From Octopus vulgaris (lineage: Eukaryota): a stretch of DNA of 64,000 nt. Shown one piece after another: positions 44,091 through 58,409 of the stretch. The DNA lies in NCBI GenBank assembly GCA_951406725.2, contig OX597827.1, positions 29,078,001-29,142,000 of the forward strand. Reading direction: 5' to 3'. The first letter of the stretch is position 1. Each line of letters begins with the position of its first letter. The position numbers and the translations under genes are program-made. Under the pieces are notes generated by a model. That model saw only the letters and a program-made list of their open reading frames with translations. It searched no databases and was not told the origin of the DNA.

Positions 44091-46127
44091 CATTGAAATC
44101 ATTGACAAATATTTTCCTTCGATGAAATCAAACATATATACTTTTCATTCATTTCGCTTCAAACAAATTTATTATTACGAGAATTTTCAGTTTAAGTCTT
44201 AAAAATATAAAAGAAATATAGAATGTTGATTATAGTCTCAAAAAAAACGATTTGGTTGTACATGAGTTTCAACAAATACTTTTGATTTAACCATATCTTT
44301 TTTAACGATTTCCTTTACGAAAGCAGAGCGCGAACCCGTCCTAATGACTTCCCTGACCTATTGCCATGTGATTTTCTTAGACTTTCCAGAGTATAAGACA
44401 GTTTCATTTTATCTTCCATAATATTTTAAAAGACATCATCTTCATTGCTTAGAGAAGCTCACCACACCGAGACATTCAGAGTATTAAAAAGAGAAATACA
44501 TACAGTAACGTATTTTATCCAACGGTCTAATGATTCCGTTGCCCAGTACCATGATCTTGTATTTATTTTAGTGACCCTGGAAGGGCGAAAAGCAAAATTA
44601 ATCTCGTTGTGATTTGAACTAAGTATATAAAAAGCCGGACAAAATATCACAAAGCATTTCGTCGAACGTTCTGACATTTGAATCAATCCAGATGCCTGCT
44701 CTGCTTTAACTCTGAAAGAATGAAATGTCAAACAACGGCGATATTTGACCTCAGAAAGTAAAGAGCCAGCACTAATACCACAAGGGCTTTTGTTGAATTT
44801 CTAACGTTTCTGCCAATTAGCCGCTGAAAGAATTCTATTTTAAAATGTGTAGATTCATGGCTCTGTAATGGAATAGCTCTTACTGTGAATATCCTAGCAG
44901 TAAGTGGACAGAATGGGTGAAAGGAATGGCATATATGTTTATATTCTAAGCTGTTGAATTTGCATTAACCTCCAAGGGTCGATAGATAAGTATTAGTCTG
45001 TTATGGAGTAGATTAAATAGAGGATCCTCCTTCTCCCGCACATACGTGCCCTTCAAACTGAAAGTCTCAGAATTTTTTTGCGTGCTGGAAAAAATGTTCA
45101 GCAGTAATTATTCTGCTTTTTACCATTCTGATTTCAAATTCCTCTGAAGTCAACTCTGACATTTTTGCTTTTCGGTTCGATAAAATAGAGTACCAGCCAT
45201 GTACTGGGCTTGATGGTATCGCAATAATACCTTCCCCTCTACACAAAATTTCTGATTTTCTGTCTATCTCAGAAACACACGGCGGTAGGTTAGCGAAACT
45301 GTTAGAGCGTCGGAAAAAGTATGTTGCGATATTTCTTTCGGCTTTATTCACCACCGATAAATTAAACGCCAAATATTGGTGTTGGCGGTATGGATTCAAT
45401 TCTTGCTCTCAAACCTTTTGCCTTTGTGCCACTGGGCTTGACAGCATACAGTTTTTAGGAATAAACTCTTTCAGTCTGCTTTCTAATCCTTTGGAATCTT
45501 TTTTACCTGACGCCCATCGAAGATGGATAAAATAGATGCTATTCCAGTTTTGGTGGCTAGGGAATCCGTGGTGGCCATCCGATACATTTTGTGGAGATTA
45601 CGAAACCCTTACATTCAGAGAAATATCTACTGTTGGATAATATACTTTATAGAGTTATGGACAACCTACGGCGCGTGGAACTTTCTGAATTGCACGCCGG
45701 AGGAAAAATAACCTTGAAATGCCTGTAGTAATGCAGCCTACCTGATGATAAACGATGTCTTGTGCGGCCGGCTCGCATCTGGGAAAAGGCTGCGCATGCT
45801 TGTTTTATTGATTTACGTAGGCTCAGGGTTCAAAGCGTGTTCAGGTTGTTACAATAGCTATCATTTAATTATGTACCTTCAATCCAACCACCCACATACC
45901 TTCGACTATGAAAACAATAAACAAACATCAACGCTATGAGTTTTATAATTTATATTATATCAAAATAGTTGTTGTTGACTCCATCTTGATTTTATGTTCC
46001 ATGAAGAGAGACAACTCTGTCTTTACTGAGTTTATCTCCTTTGCTTACTTTGTCATATTACGATTAATTTGTAGATATATACATCCTCAAGTGGTGTTAA
46101 AGTCAGGTTATATTATATTTGTAATTT

Positions 46128-46810
46128 AGGCGGCTAGCAGGCGGAATCGTTAGAGCGTCGGACAAAATGCTTCTCTGCATTTCGAATATCTTTACCTTTT
46201 ATCCTTTTGAGATCGATAAAATAAGTATCAGTTTATAACTGGCATTGATATAATCGATATGCTCCCGCCCAAAAATTGCTGGCCTTGTGCCAAAATTTGA
46301 AATCAATGTCATATTTATAATTAAGGCGGCGAGCTGGCAGAATCGTTAGCACGCCGAGCGAAATGCTTAGCGATATTTCGTCTGCCGTTGCGTTCTGAGT
46401 TCAAATTCCGCTGAGGTCGACTTTGCATTTCATTCTTTCGGGGTCGATTAAAAAAGTACCAGTTACGCATTGGGTCGATATAATCGACTTAATCCATTTG
46501 TCTGTCCTTGTTTGTCCTCTCTGTGTTTAGCCCCTTGTGGGTAGTAAAGAAATAGGTATTTCATCTGTCTCTACGCTCTGAGTTCAAATTCCGCCGAGGT
46601 GGACTTTGTCTTTCATCCTTTCCGCGTCGAAAAATTAAGTACCAGTTGAGTACTGGGGTCAATCTAATCGACTAGCTCACTCCCCCAAAATTTCGGTCCT
46701 TGTGCCTAGAGTAGAAAAGAACAAAATAAATACCAGTTGCATACTGGGGTTGATGTAATCGATTTACCCATCCCCCAAAAGTGCTGGCCTTGTGACAAAA
46801 TTTGAAACCA
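46128..46810 (+). mobile_element. Cluster of nested/tandem family-1 SINEs
   Basis: Heads at ~46128 and ~46323 and repeated core/tail blocks. Confidence 0.8.
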
Positions 46811-47006
46811 GTTTGTAATTAATTGATGGTCAAACATTATAATTTTCTCACTGATATCATGTATCTATTGCAAACGTTAATTGAATAAGTGTTTACATTA
46901 CTTACATTTGACGAATATTTGTCCTCATCTTGTTTGTTGTTGACACGTTTGGGCTGATATACCCTCCAGCCTTAGGAATGAGAACCCAGGTTCGAAATTT
47001 CCCTAA

Positions 47007-47052
47007 GACACCTGATGAAGGTTTGGGGGTATATCAGCCGAAACGTTGTGTT
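47007..47052 (+). ncRNA. Minimal hammerhead motif
   Basis: GACAC-CTGATGA-A-GGTTTG..CAGCC-GAAAC-GTT-GTGTT; the inverted arm preserves stem II as GGCTG/CAGCC. Confidence 0.65.
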
Positions 47053-47057
47053 AACAA

Positions 47058-47230
47058 TTGTTGTTGGAGTGGCTGTGTGGTAAGTAGCTTACTTACGAAC
47101 CACATGGTTCTTGGTTCAGTCCCACTGCGTGGCACCTTGGGCACGTGTCTTCTGCTATAGTCTCTGGCCGACCAAAGCCTTGTGAGTGGATTTGGTAGAC
47201 AGAAACTGAAAGAAACCCGTCATATATATG

Positions 47231-47301
<71 letters not shown>

Positions 47302-47534
47302 GTCTGTGTGTGTGTCTGTGTATGTTTGTGTGTCTGTGTTTGTCCCCTCCAACATCGCTTGACAACCGATGCTGGTGTGTTTACGTCCCCATAACCTAGC
47401 GGTTCGACAAAAGAGATCCATAGAATAAGTACTAAGCTTACAAAGAATAAGACCTGGGGTCGATTTGCTCGACTAAAAGCAGTGCTCCAGCATGGCCACA
47501 GTCACATGACTGAAACAATAAAAGAGTAAAAGAG
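47058..47534 (+). mobile_element. Full-length family-2 SINE with TSD TAACAA
   Basis: Head GGAGTGGCTGTGTGGTAAG, GGTTCAGTCCC, internal (TG)n, tail CAGCATGGCCACAGTCACATGACTGAAAC followed by (TAAAAGAG)2. Confidence 0.85.
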
Positions 47535-48859
47535 TAACAAACAAGATGAGGACAAATATCCATCAAATGTAAATAACGTAAATAACTCTTCATCTCCTAA
47601 ATATAGAATTGTATTAAGTTTTTGTAGAGTACACCGAAACAAGAAAGGAATGTGATTGTCTAAGAGTTATCCTTAGAACATCAGTTAGTACAGCCTTTAA
47701 AGAAATTTCTTTGTCATCGGAATAATTTCATAATACTTTGATGATTCTGTGCAATTTAACGTTGCTAAGCAACAACACAGATGTTAATTTTATAATGAAA
47801 TCCAAATGTAGTTTATCCTGTTTTTTGAGATTTCAAACGATTTGCGCAAACATTACACAACGCGAACGACATTTTGCTAAGCATATTTGTTTCAATTCTT
47901 CACTGTAAACAGTTAAACTTTTCTCTTGCTTTGTCATATGTTTTTTTTTTTTCAAGAATACCACTCAAGGATTGCTTTTTCTTTAGATATTCAGTTTGGG
48001 ATTGAACAGGCAGACAGAAGAAGTAATGCATCTCCATAATACCCTGATTGCACGCAAAACATGGCCACGGATGAAACCCATTTGATCACTGGATGGTTAG
48101 AACAGAGACCACGTGGGCAAAACAATACCAACCTTCTTCTGAAGACCTACGTTAAAGCTCTTATTGTTATTCATTGACATTGTTTTTATGGAAGGACGAC
48201 AAGACCATAAAACTATATTCAGAAAATGTATATGACGAAAGAAATTTAGACCAACAGAAACATAGATTATAAAGGTAGAGTTTTCCAGGCTGTTATTGTT
48301 ATTGGTGGTGGTAGTAGTACTACTACTGCTGCTGGTGGGGATTGTGGTGGCGGTCATAGTGCTAATTAGCTGCACTAAACACTGACTGATCGAAACTATG
48401 ACCAAAGATGTTCCTGCGATCATCTTTCCGTCATGTCATTTCAGATATTATCCAGTATCACCTCCCATATAGTTTTAACTTTTTTGAACGCGGACAGCGT
48501 ATATTTCCGGTCAAAATGCTATTTGTTAACAAAGGAAGACGGTCATACCCAGGATTTTTGATAAAACCTCTCTTGCAGGAAACGGAACTCACCCATCCCC
48601 ACCAGTGAAGCTTTTATAAACGACAATTTTCCAGATTTTCTTAATATTTTTCATATATTTCATCAAATATCTCTTTACAGAGCGAGAATTAAATATTTTT
48701 AGTAGTGGAATTAAAAACCATACCTACACGAGATACGGAAAAAGTATTGAAGATATTGAAAATATGAATTCTATCTTTTGGTGGGTAATTAATATTATTA
48801 CGGGAACGACCATGAAATTTAATTACGCTATTAGAGGCTTAAATAATAGGGAGAGATAT

Positions 48860-49070
48860 CTTTTACCATTTATTTGTTTCAGTCATTAAACTGCGGCCAG
48901 GCTGGGACACCACCTTAAATTTCTAGCCAAATGAATCGACTCCAGTACCTTTTTTTTTTTTAGCCTGGTACTTATTCTATCGGGTCTTTTGGCGAACCGC
49001 CATGCTTCAGATAGGGTTGTCAAGCGGTGATTAGGGGATAAACACACACTTGCACACAAACACACACACC

Positions 49071-49137
<67 letters not shown>

Positions 49138-49290
49138 GATGAGATTCCTTCAGTTTCCGTCTACCAAATCCATTCGTAACGTTTCGGTCGGCCTGGGACT
49201 ACACCAGAAGACACTTGCTTAAGGCGACACGCAGTTGGATTGAACCGATACCATGTAGGTTGGAAGCTAGCTTCTTACCACACAGCTACG
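48860..49290 (-). mobile_element. Family-2 SINE
   Basis: Reverse complement of the 47058-47534 architecture. Confidence 0.75.
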
Positions 49291-50298
49291 CATGTCCCTA
49301 TAAAGAAAGTTTTCTTGCTAAATGTTTAGTGAGTTTCCTTGTTGACAATGGTGTCAGTTTTGCTGATACTGGTGTAGTTGGGTTAATAATTTTGAGCAAG
49401 TTATTTTGTGTCATGTTGCAGTCAACCCCCTGGCAAAAATGTGTTGTGCCAGTAATTCAAAAATAGACAGCCTTGTCTCATTCACCGTTACGCCCTGAGT
49501 CTGTGGAGTGCTCAGCCATTTGCACGTTAAATTCAGGAGCAGACTTTTCCGTTGGTTGGAACCGTCAACTAGAACCGATGTCGTCGAAACTGACGGAGTG
49601 CAGGTTATGGTTATTAATGGAAACATGGTTGCAATTTGGAGCAGGTCAATCGAAAGCTGTAAATGTTCCATCATTAACTCGAGCCGATAAGCACAAATGT
49701 ATAAATGTAACAGGTAAACATCGATACACATATGAACACTTCTTCTAAACGATAAAAAAAGATACTATCACAGAAATTCTTTGACCCGATGGACCAATAA
49801 CATTTCTAACTTAAAAACCATTTGTATTTTCCCCCTAATCAATACCATTAACGAGATAAATCAAACATAAAAGGCGTTAATAGTAAAAAATCTTCCACTA
49901 GTTTATACTTTTTTGGTCAACTCACACAAAGTTACCGATGAACGTATTTCCATATTTTTTCCCCAATCTTTTCAGACGATCTGGTAATTATGATCTATAT
50001 TTTCCAAGAGTCTTTGATTGCTTGTTTTTATTGTCGTTATTGTTGTCGTCGTCGATGTCGGTGTTGTTGTTGTTGTCCTTGTTGCTGTTGCTGTTTTCTT
50101 CGTTTTTTTTTTCTTGTTTGTTATTGTTATTACTTTTGTTGTTTCCGCTGACGTTATTTCTGTAGTCCTTCCTGAATGTTTATGTTAATTATTAATAACC
50201 GTTATTTACCGTTGAAAAGCGTTGGACGCAATGATTTCATTTACTTCATAAATAGTCATCAGATATATATTTGTATCTATAAACGGGAAAAAGAATAT

Positions 50299-50338
<40 letters not shown>

Positions 50339-50623
50339 TAACGGGAGCGAAAATATTAAAGGAAATGGTTAAATAAAAATAAAATATAAGACTATATAGT
50401 TAGTTGCTTTTGCTATATATTGGTAAGTTTTATGGCAGAAGTAAATATTTCCAGCGAACATATTACTGAATCACATGATAAAATATTTGGAGACTTTTAA
50501 AAGATATTCTTTGATGCTCATCACCTCCCTTCCCAGAACAGGATTAAAGAAATACATACAAACGTGCACATGGGCACACTTACACACACACCCACAGTAT
50601 ATGTATATATACTCACACAACGC

Positions 50624-50670
<47 letters not shown>

Positions 50671-50827
50671 CACACATATGTATATACATATACGTGTGTG
50701 CATGTATGCATGAATATACACATATAAATCTGTATATATGTAAATATATGTTTATATATATATATACATAATACACAAATTATATACATATACATACAAC
50801 ATATATATATATATACACACACATATC

Positions 50828-50859
<32 letters not shown>

Positions 50860-50862
50860 AAC

Positions 50863-50908
<46 letters not shown>

Positions 50909-50971
50909 TATGTACGTATATATATATATATATATATATATACGTACATACATACATCTCATATACATATA

Positions 50972-51008
<37 letters not shown>

Positions 51009-51049
51009 CCTATGTATGTATACCTGCATGCATGCATTATGTATGCATT

Positions 51050-51089
<40 letters not shown>

Positions 51090-52169
51090 TACAAATATGT
51101 GCATACTTATATACACGACAATGCCTGTACCTAGTTATATATATTGACGGATTTACTTTAGTGTAACTTGAAGATTGTTTTATTTGAACTAGTTTCTGTG
51201 AAAAGAATTTATTGGAGACAATTTAAATGTATAAAGCAACATCTATTTGTTCTGTTTACGATACCGTAGTTAAAAATGAATGGTGTGTTGTAGTTTTATG
51301 TCCATGTAGGATGAAGCCGATGATGTGTCCAGTTATCCTGCTATGCTAATTCGTCCTATGTATAAAGGATATTTTATAGCGTTAGTTCATACCTCGTCAG
51401 ATCTTTTGATTATTTGATTCGGTACAAAAGCTTAATATTTATAAGAGTGGGAAATAGAAAAGTATGAACTTTTTGTTAGAGTTTCGTCATGGATGTAATA
51501 ACCCGACTTTTTAGGAGCTATCTGTTGCTCAAACGGCCATAACAGACAAAAAAAAATTGTAGTTCATGTTACTTTTACGTCTCGGAAAAAGAAGCCATAT
51601 ATTGTTTGAGGATCATAACAGGAAGTTGAAACGATCATCCATTTCCCAATGGCTTTAGTTATATATTCGAAGTGGACTGACTTTCATCGCAGTCTGATGC
51701 CATCTTTGTTACGGTCTTGGTTAATTATGACCGTATTGTATGTTTTGTAGGTCCAACCGCGTCAAATATTTTAAAGCTTCATGCTAACACCTACAGAAAG
51801 AAAAGCGCCAATTGGCAATGAGCAAGTGAATGAAGGTGACATTATGCTTTGTTTAGAAATCAATATGTTTAGTTCGAACTCAGTCTGGTGATATATACAT
51901 CCATCAATATAACACCTGAGACTCGATTATAAAACGAATGGACAGAAACATAGTGCAGATGAAATCACTAAAAATGTTTTCATCTCCAAACGTGACGCTG
52001 ATTATACGATTAACTATCACGAAAACCGCTAATCTTATACAATTCGACATATCTGAAACCCCAACGATGTTTACGAACCGAGGAAATGATACATGGCGAA
52101 CAACATTTCAATTCACTGTCATTTGAAATCTGAGCCGGAACATATAACGGAAGGCATTTTATAAAATCC

Positions 52170-52385
52170 ACAAGAGTAAACAAGAGAGACAGAAACAGGC
52201 AGAAACAAGGAAAATGCTCCTTGTATTTGAATTATATGCAAATATTCTTTTAACGTACTTTTCATTTAATTTTTCCAAAATTTAATTGTATTCCATACTT
52301 ACAGTTGAAAAAGTCTCAATGACTGAAAACGGTACTGAAATGTTTCTTATAAAATTATTTTAGTATTTTCTACCTTGAATTTTGT
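52170..52385 (+). mobile_element. Short ORF-less repeat with U3-A8 hammerhead motif (52302-52337), copy 1
   Basis: Homologous to 62130-62325 (minus strand); CAG-TTGAAAA-AGTC-TCAAT-GACT-GAAAA-CG-GTA-CTG. Confidence 0.65.
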
Positions 52386-52386
52386 T

Positions 52387-52442
<56 letters not shown>

Positions 52443-53988
52443 ATATATATACGAGGGAGTGCAAATAATTCCTGGCTTTAAGGATATCGCGAAAAGCGTG
52501 GTTTGAGCCCCACCCCCGAGTTCTTTCAGAAAAACTAGAGCACCGCTACAATAAGTGTGTAAATCTGAGAAGATACCTTGACTTTTTTTCCATATATATA
52601 TATATATAAAATATCCATTCACAAGTCACACTTTACCAAGGTTCCACGCAGTGGGAGTAAACCCGGAACCATGTGGATAGGAAGCAAGCTTCTTACCACA
52701 AAGCCACGCCAAAAGAAAAAGGCTGTCTGCTGGAACATCTCTTAGTATGGGTTTGCACGATCTGAGGTACAGCTGTACTAAACCACAACAGGAAATTTAG
52801 CTAAGCTTTCTTCAAATCATTCCGTATCGACTTCACAGCCAAGAATTGGAATGATACATGAAATACATCATTTAAATCTGTTCAATAAATGCTCTGACTT
52901 AAAAAAAAATAATAATAAATACAGCAAGATTGTCAACAGCTGAAATGCTTTTCATCAGAGGCTGGAAGATGAGGGCGATTTTTGCAGGGTGGCTAAACTA
53001 CAACAAAATCATGAACAGCAACAACAAGAGCAACAGCAGCGACAGCAACGGAAGAATATTGAAATACATCGATATATTTCATCTAGTTCTATTTGCATGA
53101 ATCTATTTACGATATATCTAAATAAGAACAACAACCATATTAACCATCACTCCAATGACTTCGTGTACTTCTTCATCAAACTGGTGCACGTGAATTCCAA
53201 AAAAGAATGTTCAATTTCCTGTAAATATTTTTCCAATGTGCATATGAAACGAAAAACGAAAATTTCATTAATATAGCTTTCGCTTTTTGCGTTTTTTCTT
53301 TCCCCCCACCACATTTTTTCTATATTTTCTAAAACTTTCAAATATATATTTAGCATGGACCAAATGTTATCGCAGTGTATATACGCATGTATTTATTTAT
53401 TTATTTATTTATTTTGGTCTTTTTTTAGAGTTATTCATATTCGAAGTTAACATCGACCAATAACTATAGAATTTTGACTATTACACTTTGAATTTTTCGT
53501 GTTCTTTTTTACTCTTGTCGTACTTTCCGTCTGTATTTGTTTTATGTTATTTTTTCCGTTTATTTATATTATATTTTCAATATTGACTTTGTTTTATTTA
53601 TTTACTTATTTAATTATTCATTTATATATTTATTTACTTATTTTTGGTTAACATTTTGACGCTATGCAATTAATTTCCTCGATATAATTACTCTCCATAT
53701 ACGGTCTAAGTTGAGGCGTTCACTTTCTCACTTCCAAGCACACACACTCACTCATATGCTCTCTTACTTTCGTTCTTTCACCCTTTTCTCTCTCCTTCTG
53801 AATCTCTCTCTAACAAACTATCTATTTATCTGCCTACCATCAATCTACTTCGCTAGAGGACCTATTAGCGCAACGAGATCAATTAAACGGACATAGAAGT
53901 ATTGGGGCGAAATTAGTACGTTATGTGTTCGTATTGTACACACATACACACACGTCTTTATATATGCATATATATTTATGTATGTATA

Positions 53989-54067
<79 letters not shown>

Positions 54068-54142
54068 TTATTTATATAAGGTGATGATGAAGATGATGAT
54101 GATGGTGACGACGACGACAAGAAGATTGATAATAATAAAAAT

Positions 54143-54279
54143 TAGAAGAAGAAGAAGAAGAAGAAGAAGAAGAAGAAGAAGAAGAAGAAGAAGAAGAAGA
54201 AGAAGAAGAAGAAGAAGAAGAAGAAGAAGAAGAAGAAGAAGAAGAAGAAGAAGAAGAAAAAGAAAAAGAAGAAGAAGAA
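54143..54279. repeat. (GAA)n microsatellite
   Basis: Direct reading. Confidence 0.97.
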
Positions 54280-54360
54280 ATTATGCGGCGGAAACGAACA
54301 CACTCTCGAAATTGAAGGCAGTTCATCATCTTAGAAGAATTACCTACCTACCTACCTACA

Positions 54361-54394
<34 letters not shown>

Positions 54395-54395
<1 letters not shown>

Positions 54396-54458
54396 TTATT
54401 TTATTTTATTTTATTTTATCTAGTTTCAGCTCATGAGCTGTGGCCATGCTGGGGCATC

Positions 54459-54463
<5 letters not shown>
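54395..54463 (-). mobile_element. Extremely 5'-truncated LINE B-family 3' end with (ATAAA)n tail, in TA repeat
   Basis: ATGGCGATGCCCCAGCATGGCCACAGCTCATGAGCTGAAACTAG matches the 3' UTR of LINE B and LINE C. Confidence 0.75.
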
Positions 54464-54512
<49 letters not shown>

Positions 54513-55054
54513 TTAGAGGTTAAAATAGTCTCCTTAAACGATAATAATATCTGATGAACTAGTGGTTCATTGTGAATAGATAACATGAAGTGACTGCCGG
54601 ATGATTTTGAACTCAAACAGCCGGAGTAAATGGACCAAACAGGCTCCTGATCCATTGCCTTCAACAACGAGGTTAACGTTGACTAATGAATAGTGGAATC
54701 CTTTCGGTTAAGCACAATGGCATTGCACGTTAAAAGGCTAAGCCTTAAGGTATATTGTTCAGCTTGTTTTACAAATCTTTTGCGTAGGAACTTTTTATCA
54801 TTTCATGGCTGAAATTCTTCAAAAATACCTTCGTCCCTACACTCGTATCTATACACAGACATATATATATATATATACATAAGATACATCTGATATAGGA
54901 TAAATTTTTTTTAAAAACTTTCATCAGTGGCCACCATATTATAATACCTTTTAAGGTGAAAATTATGAACAATTATAAATAAGGGCAATTTTTTTTTCTT
55001 TTGCCCTTATTTATAATTATACATATATATACACATGTATATTTATATATGCAT

Positions 55055-55097
<43 letters not shown>

Positions 55098-56190
55098 CAT
55101 ACATATGCACTTGCATACAGACACACATATATACATATATATATATATACAACACAAAATATGTGCTTGTGTATACATACATATTTACATATATGCATGT
55201 ATATATGTACACAATTACGTATATATATGTATGTATGTATGGATGGATGGATGTAACGAAATTAATTTTTATACGACCGTGTATCTGCCTTCCACTTACG
55301 ATTGAATATGATAAACGGAAAAGCGCAACACATTTTCTTCGAAATTCTACCGATTATAGAAACCACCCACGCCTCTGTCTCTGACTAAAAATCACAGTAT
55401 TAAAAAATATTAGTCTGCATATTATATCAGTCACCACTTTTTGATAGAATACATTACACTAATATCGAAAGAACACATTTTCATCTGTCATATCTAGAGA
55501 GAGAATAAAAGCTTAATTTTGATGCATTTCCTTTTAAAATTTCATTAATAATTTGTTTTGTTTGTGATTGAAAATCAGCATATTAATGTTAATTTATACA
55601 AGACCACTAACTGATGATAGATACAGTTTTTTTTTCAAACGACACATTAGTCGATGCAGCTTTTCCCCCTATAAAAATGGCGATGCAAATAAATATGTAA
55701 TATTTAAAAATAAGATGGATTCTTTATCTTTATGACAGGCTTAACGTATGCATATGGCTGAGAGCTCAGTAGATGCAGTGGTCTCTAGGATAAAATTTCT
55801 TTATAAAGCTACTTTGTTAACACACAATATACTCCAGTACGTCTGTTAAGGTGTCATATCCCAGGCCGTTATTGTTCTTTCAGCGATGTACATACGTTAA
55901 GGATATCATATAGGTAAAGGTCACATCTTTGAACTCATTTATCAGTGCCAACAGCTGTTGTAAGAGAAGTTGAGACAACCAGAAACCAACTGCACTTCAG
56001 GGGATTTTTAATACGAATTTACCATCTCCTAAATAGAAGCGCTAAGGGGAACTAGGAATCCTTCACTCCTGGTTCTCAATATACTAGTTAATCCATAACT
56101 GAGACATGGGAACAAAGAGTAGCCAAGAGGCGGTTCCACAATCTTCAGAACCCTGGAACACATATATACATGCATACATTCATATAAATA

Positions 56191-57037
56191 TACAAGGTGG
56201 TACCGAAAAGTAACCGGAAACGTTCTCTGTGGGACACACCCGTTGTAGTTCAGGCTTCTTGCTGCTAGAAGCCACTTGATGCGACCCTCAGGCATCAGTT
56301 GCTGACCGGTATCGTTAAGTGATATCGTGCTCCCACATGGTGCTTCTTTGTTTTGCAGTGTTTCTCCCCTGTTCGTCGATTTTTGCGATGGTTGAAACGA
56401 AGAAACAGCGTACTAACGTGAAATTCTGTTTTCTGCGACCGAAACAGTTGTCATGCTTCAAACAGCTTACAAGGACGCTGCCATGAGCGAAAGCGCAGTT
56501 TCCACGCTTTAGAAAATGGCGATTGTAACTTGAAGACTAATCTCATTCAGGACGACCGTCGAATGAATGAAAATTCATGAACTGATTTTGGAGGACCGTC
56601 AACGAACAATTGACGAACTTGTTGATATGACTGATGTGTCCTGGAGCCCCTGCCAACCCATTTTGAGCAACAAATTGTGAATGAAAAGTGTTGCAGCAAA
56701 ATTTGTGCCTCGCTTGCTCAAGGAAGATCAAAAGCAGTCGCGACTGAATGCGTGCCGGAACAGTTGGAAGTTGATCCGGACCTTTTTTCGAAGATCATCA
56801 CTGATGGTGCTACGGAACTTGCAGATGTGGAAGAGGCGAAGAAAAAAAACGACGGAGGCGTTAAAAGGCATCGCTTCGCAAGAGTTCCAACACCGCTTCG
56901 AATAGTGGGAAACGTGCCTGGACCGATGCATTGGTTCAAATAGAGAATACTTTGAAGGCTATAAAGGTGTAAACATATAAAACTAAGTGAATAGAATAAT
57001 ACTGCAAAATTCTGTTTTCTTTTGTGTACCCTTCGTA
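56191..57037 (+). mobile_element. Internally deleted mariner element
   Basis: MVETKKQRTNVKFCF..ETVVMLQTAYKDAAMS, SGRPS, MKSVAAKFVPRLL..QKQSRL, SKIITDG; degenerate TIRs with TA ends. Confidence 0.8.
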
Positions 57038-58228
57038 CATTAATACTCAAATATATACGACTGCATATCGAGCAGACTTGTAGTTAAAAGTATTCTAGTT
57101 GTGACTATCCCGTATATTTGTTTTCAAAGTCATCCTTTCCATTTTATTTTTGTAAGATGATACGGTGTTCCATGGCGGAGACTTGTTATTCCTATAAATT
57201 CAGCCAACTCCCTCGTTGCTTCATATATCAACGATTTCGCTTGTATTGTTGTTAGCCCTATTTCAGCAAACTTATGTTTAAATGCTTCCAGCTATCTCAA
57301 TTCCATATTTTTACATTTAATCCACCTCATTATGCTGTTCTAATTTTAAAACGGCAAGGTATTATTTGAGGATTATGGGGCTGTTCTTTAGAGCTGGTCG
57401 ACTCCTACAAATAACAGTCAAAATCGTTCCTTCATTGGCTCCTACATCAGCGCATTGAAATAGAAGGTTAAATTTTAAAATACACTATTGACTATTTAAT
57501 CTAAATATTGCATCTCGTCCTGTCTTCTGATGTATTTCTGCCAAATCGCCAGCCTATTTTCGACTTCATATTGCTAATAAAATATAATATTAAAAGCCGA
57601 TTTTTTTTCATTTTGATTTCGAGTTGTCAGAATAAAAAATATACACATAATAAATTTAGAAATTGCTAAAGATAGATTAATAGTGTTAGTCACGCTATAG
57701 AAAGAATTGTTATTTAAAACAAAAACCAAAAGCAACAAAAAATGGATGGATGTAGAACAATGATACTAATCAACTAACATTCTTGAAAAGCAAAAAACAA
57801 AAAAATAATAATAATAAAACAGATAATGTGATTAAGACAAAAAAACAACGAATGGCTTTGAAAACACTCACAATTATTGATCATTGAAAATATTATGACG
57901 ACAGATATATTTGGTTCTGACAATGAAAATAAAATAACAAAATGAAATGATAAAATAAAGTATGCACAAATAATTTGAAGGTAACTCAGAAACAACTGTT
58001 TCGTTTGTCAACTACACGGTCTCCGGTTTCGATCTCGTTCCGCAGCACTTTGTGCGTCTATTCCTTTCATTGCTAGTAATGTACTAAAGTTTGCAACTGA
58101 AATTTAAACGATAGTGATTGTACAGAAAACTGCAGTAAGAGTGTGTATATATATATATATATATATATAAGAGTGTTCGAAGAGGTACTGAAGCTGTCAA
58201 GAACTCAACTGTCAGTTAAACACATTTG

Positions 58229-58266
58229 AAATCTGATGATTACTCTATGTATGAAAGCGCTAATTT
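58229..58266 (+). ncRNA. Minimal hammerhead motif
   Basis: AAAT-CTGATGA-TTAC-TCTAT-GTAT-GAAA-GCGC-TA-ATTT; the first pair of stem II is a T/T mismatch. Confidence 0.55.
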
Positions 58267-58374
58267 AACTTTATGAGCATTACAAAATATTTTTTATGTT
58301 AAAATACCATAATAAAAATCCTGAAAACTAGATCATATTTCAATGTTATTTAGCTGATACAAGCTCATGTACAC

Positions 58375-58409
<35 letters not shown>

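Larger units (their letters stand above)
46892..47586. mobile_element. Foldback element carrying a hammerhead, interrupted by a family-2 SINE
   Basis: 46892-46973 is the reverse complement of 47018-47057 joined to 47541-47586; the insert is bounded by TAACAA duplication. Confidence 0.75.

Noticed and set aside
45400-45800. Moderately GC-rich unique-looking stretch as a host exon
   Set aside because: No sustained ORF or convincing splice pair; more likely decayed retroelement sequence
48120-48190. Minus-strand ATG...AAG|GTTGGT as a first coding exon
   Set aside because: Too short and without recognisable homology; cannot be supported from sequence alone
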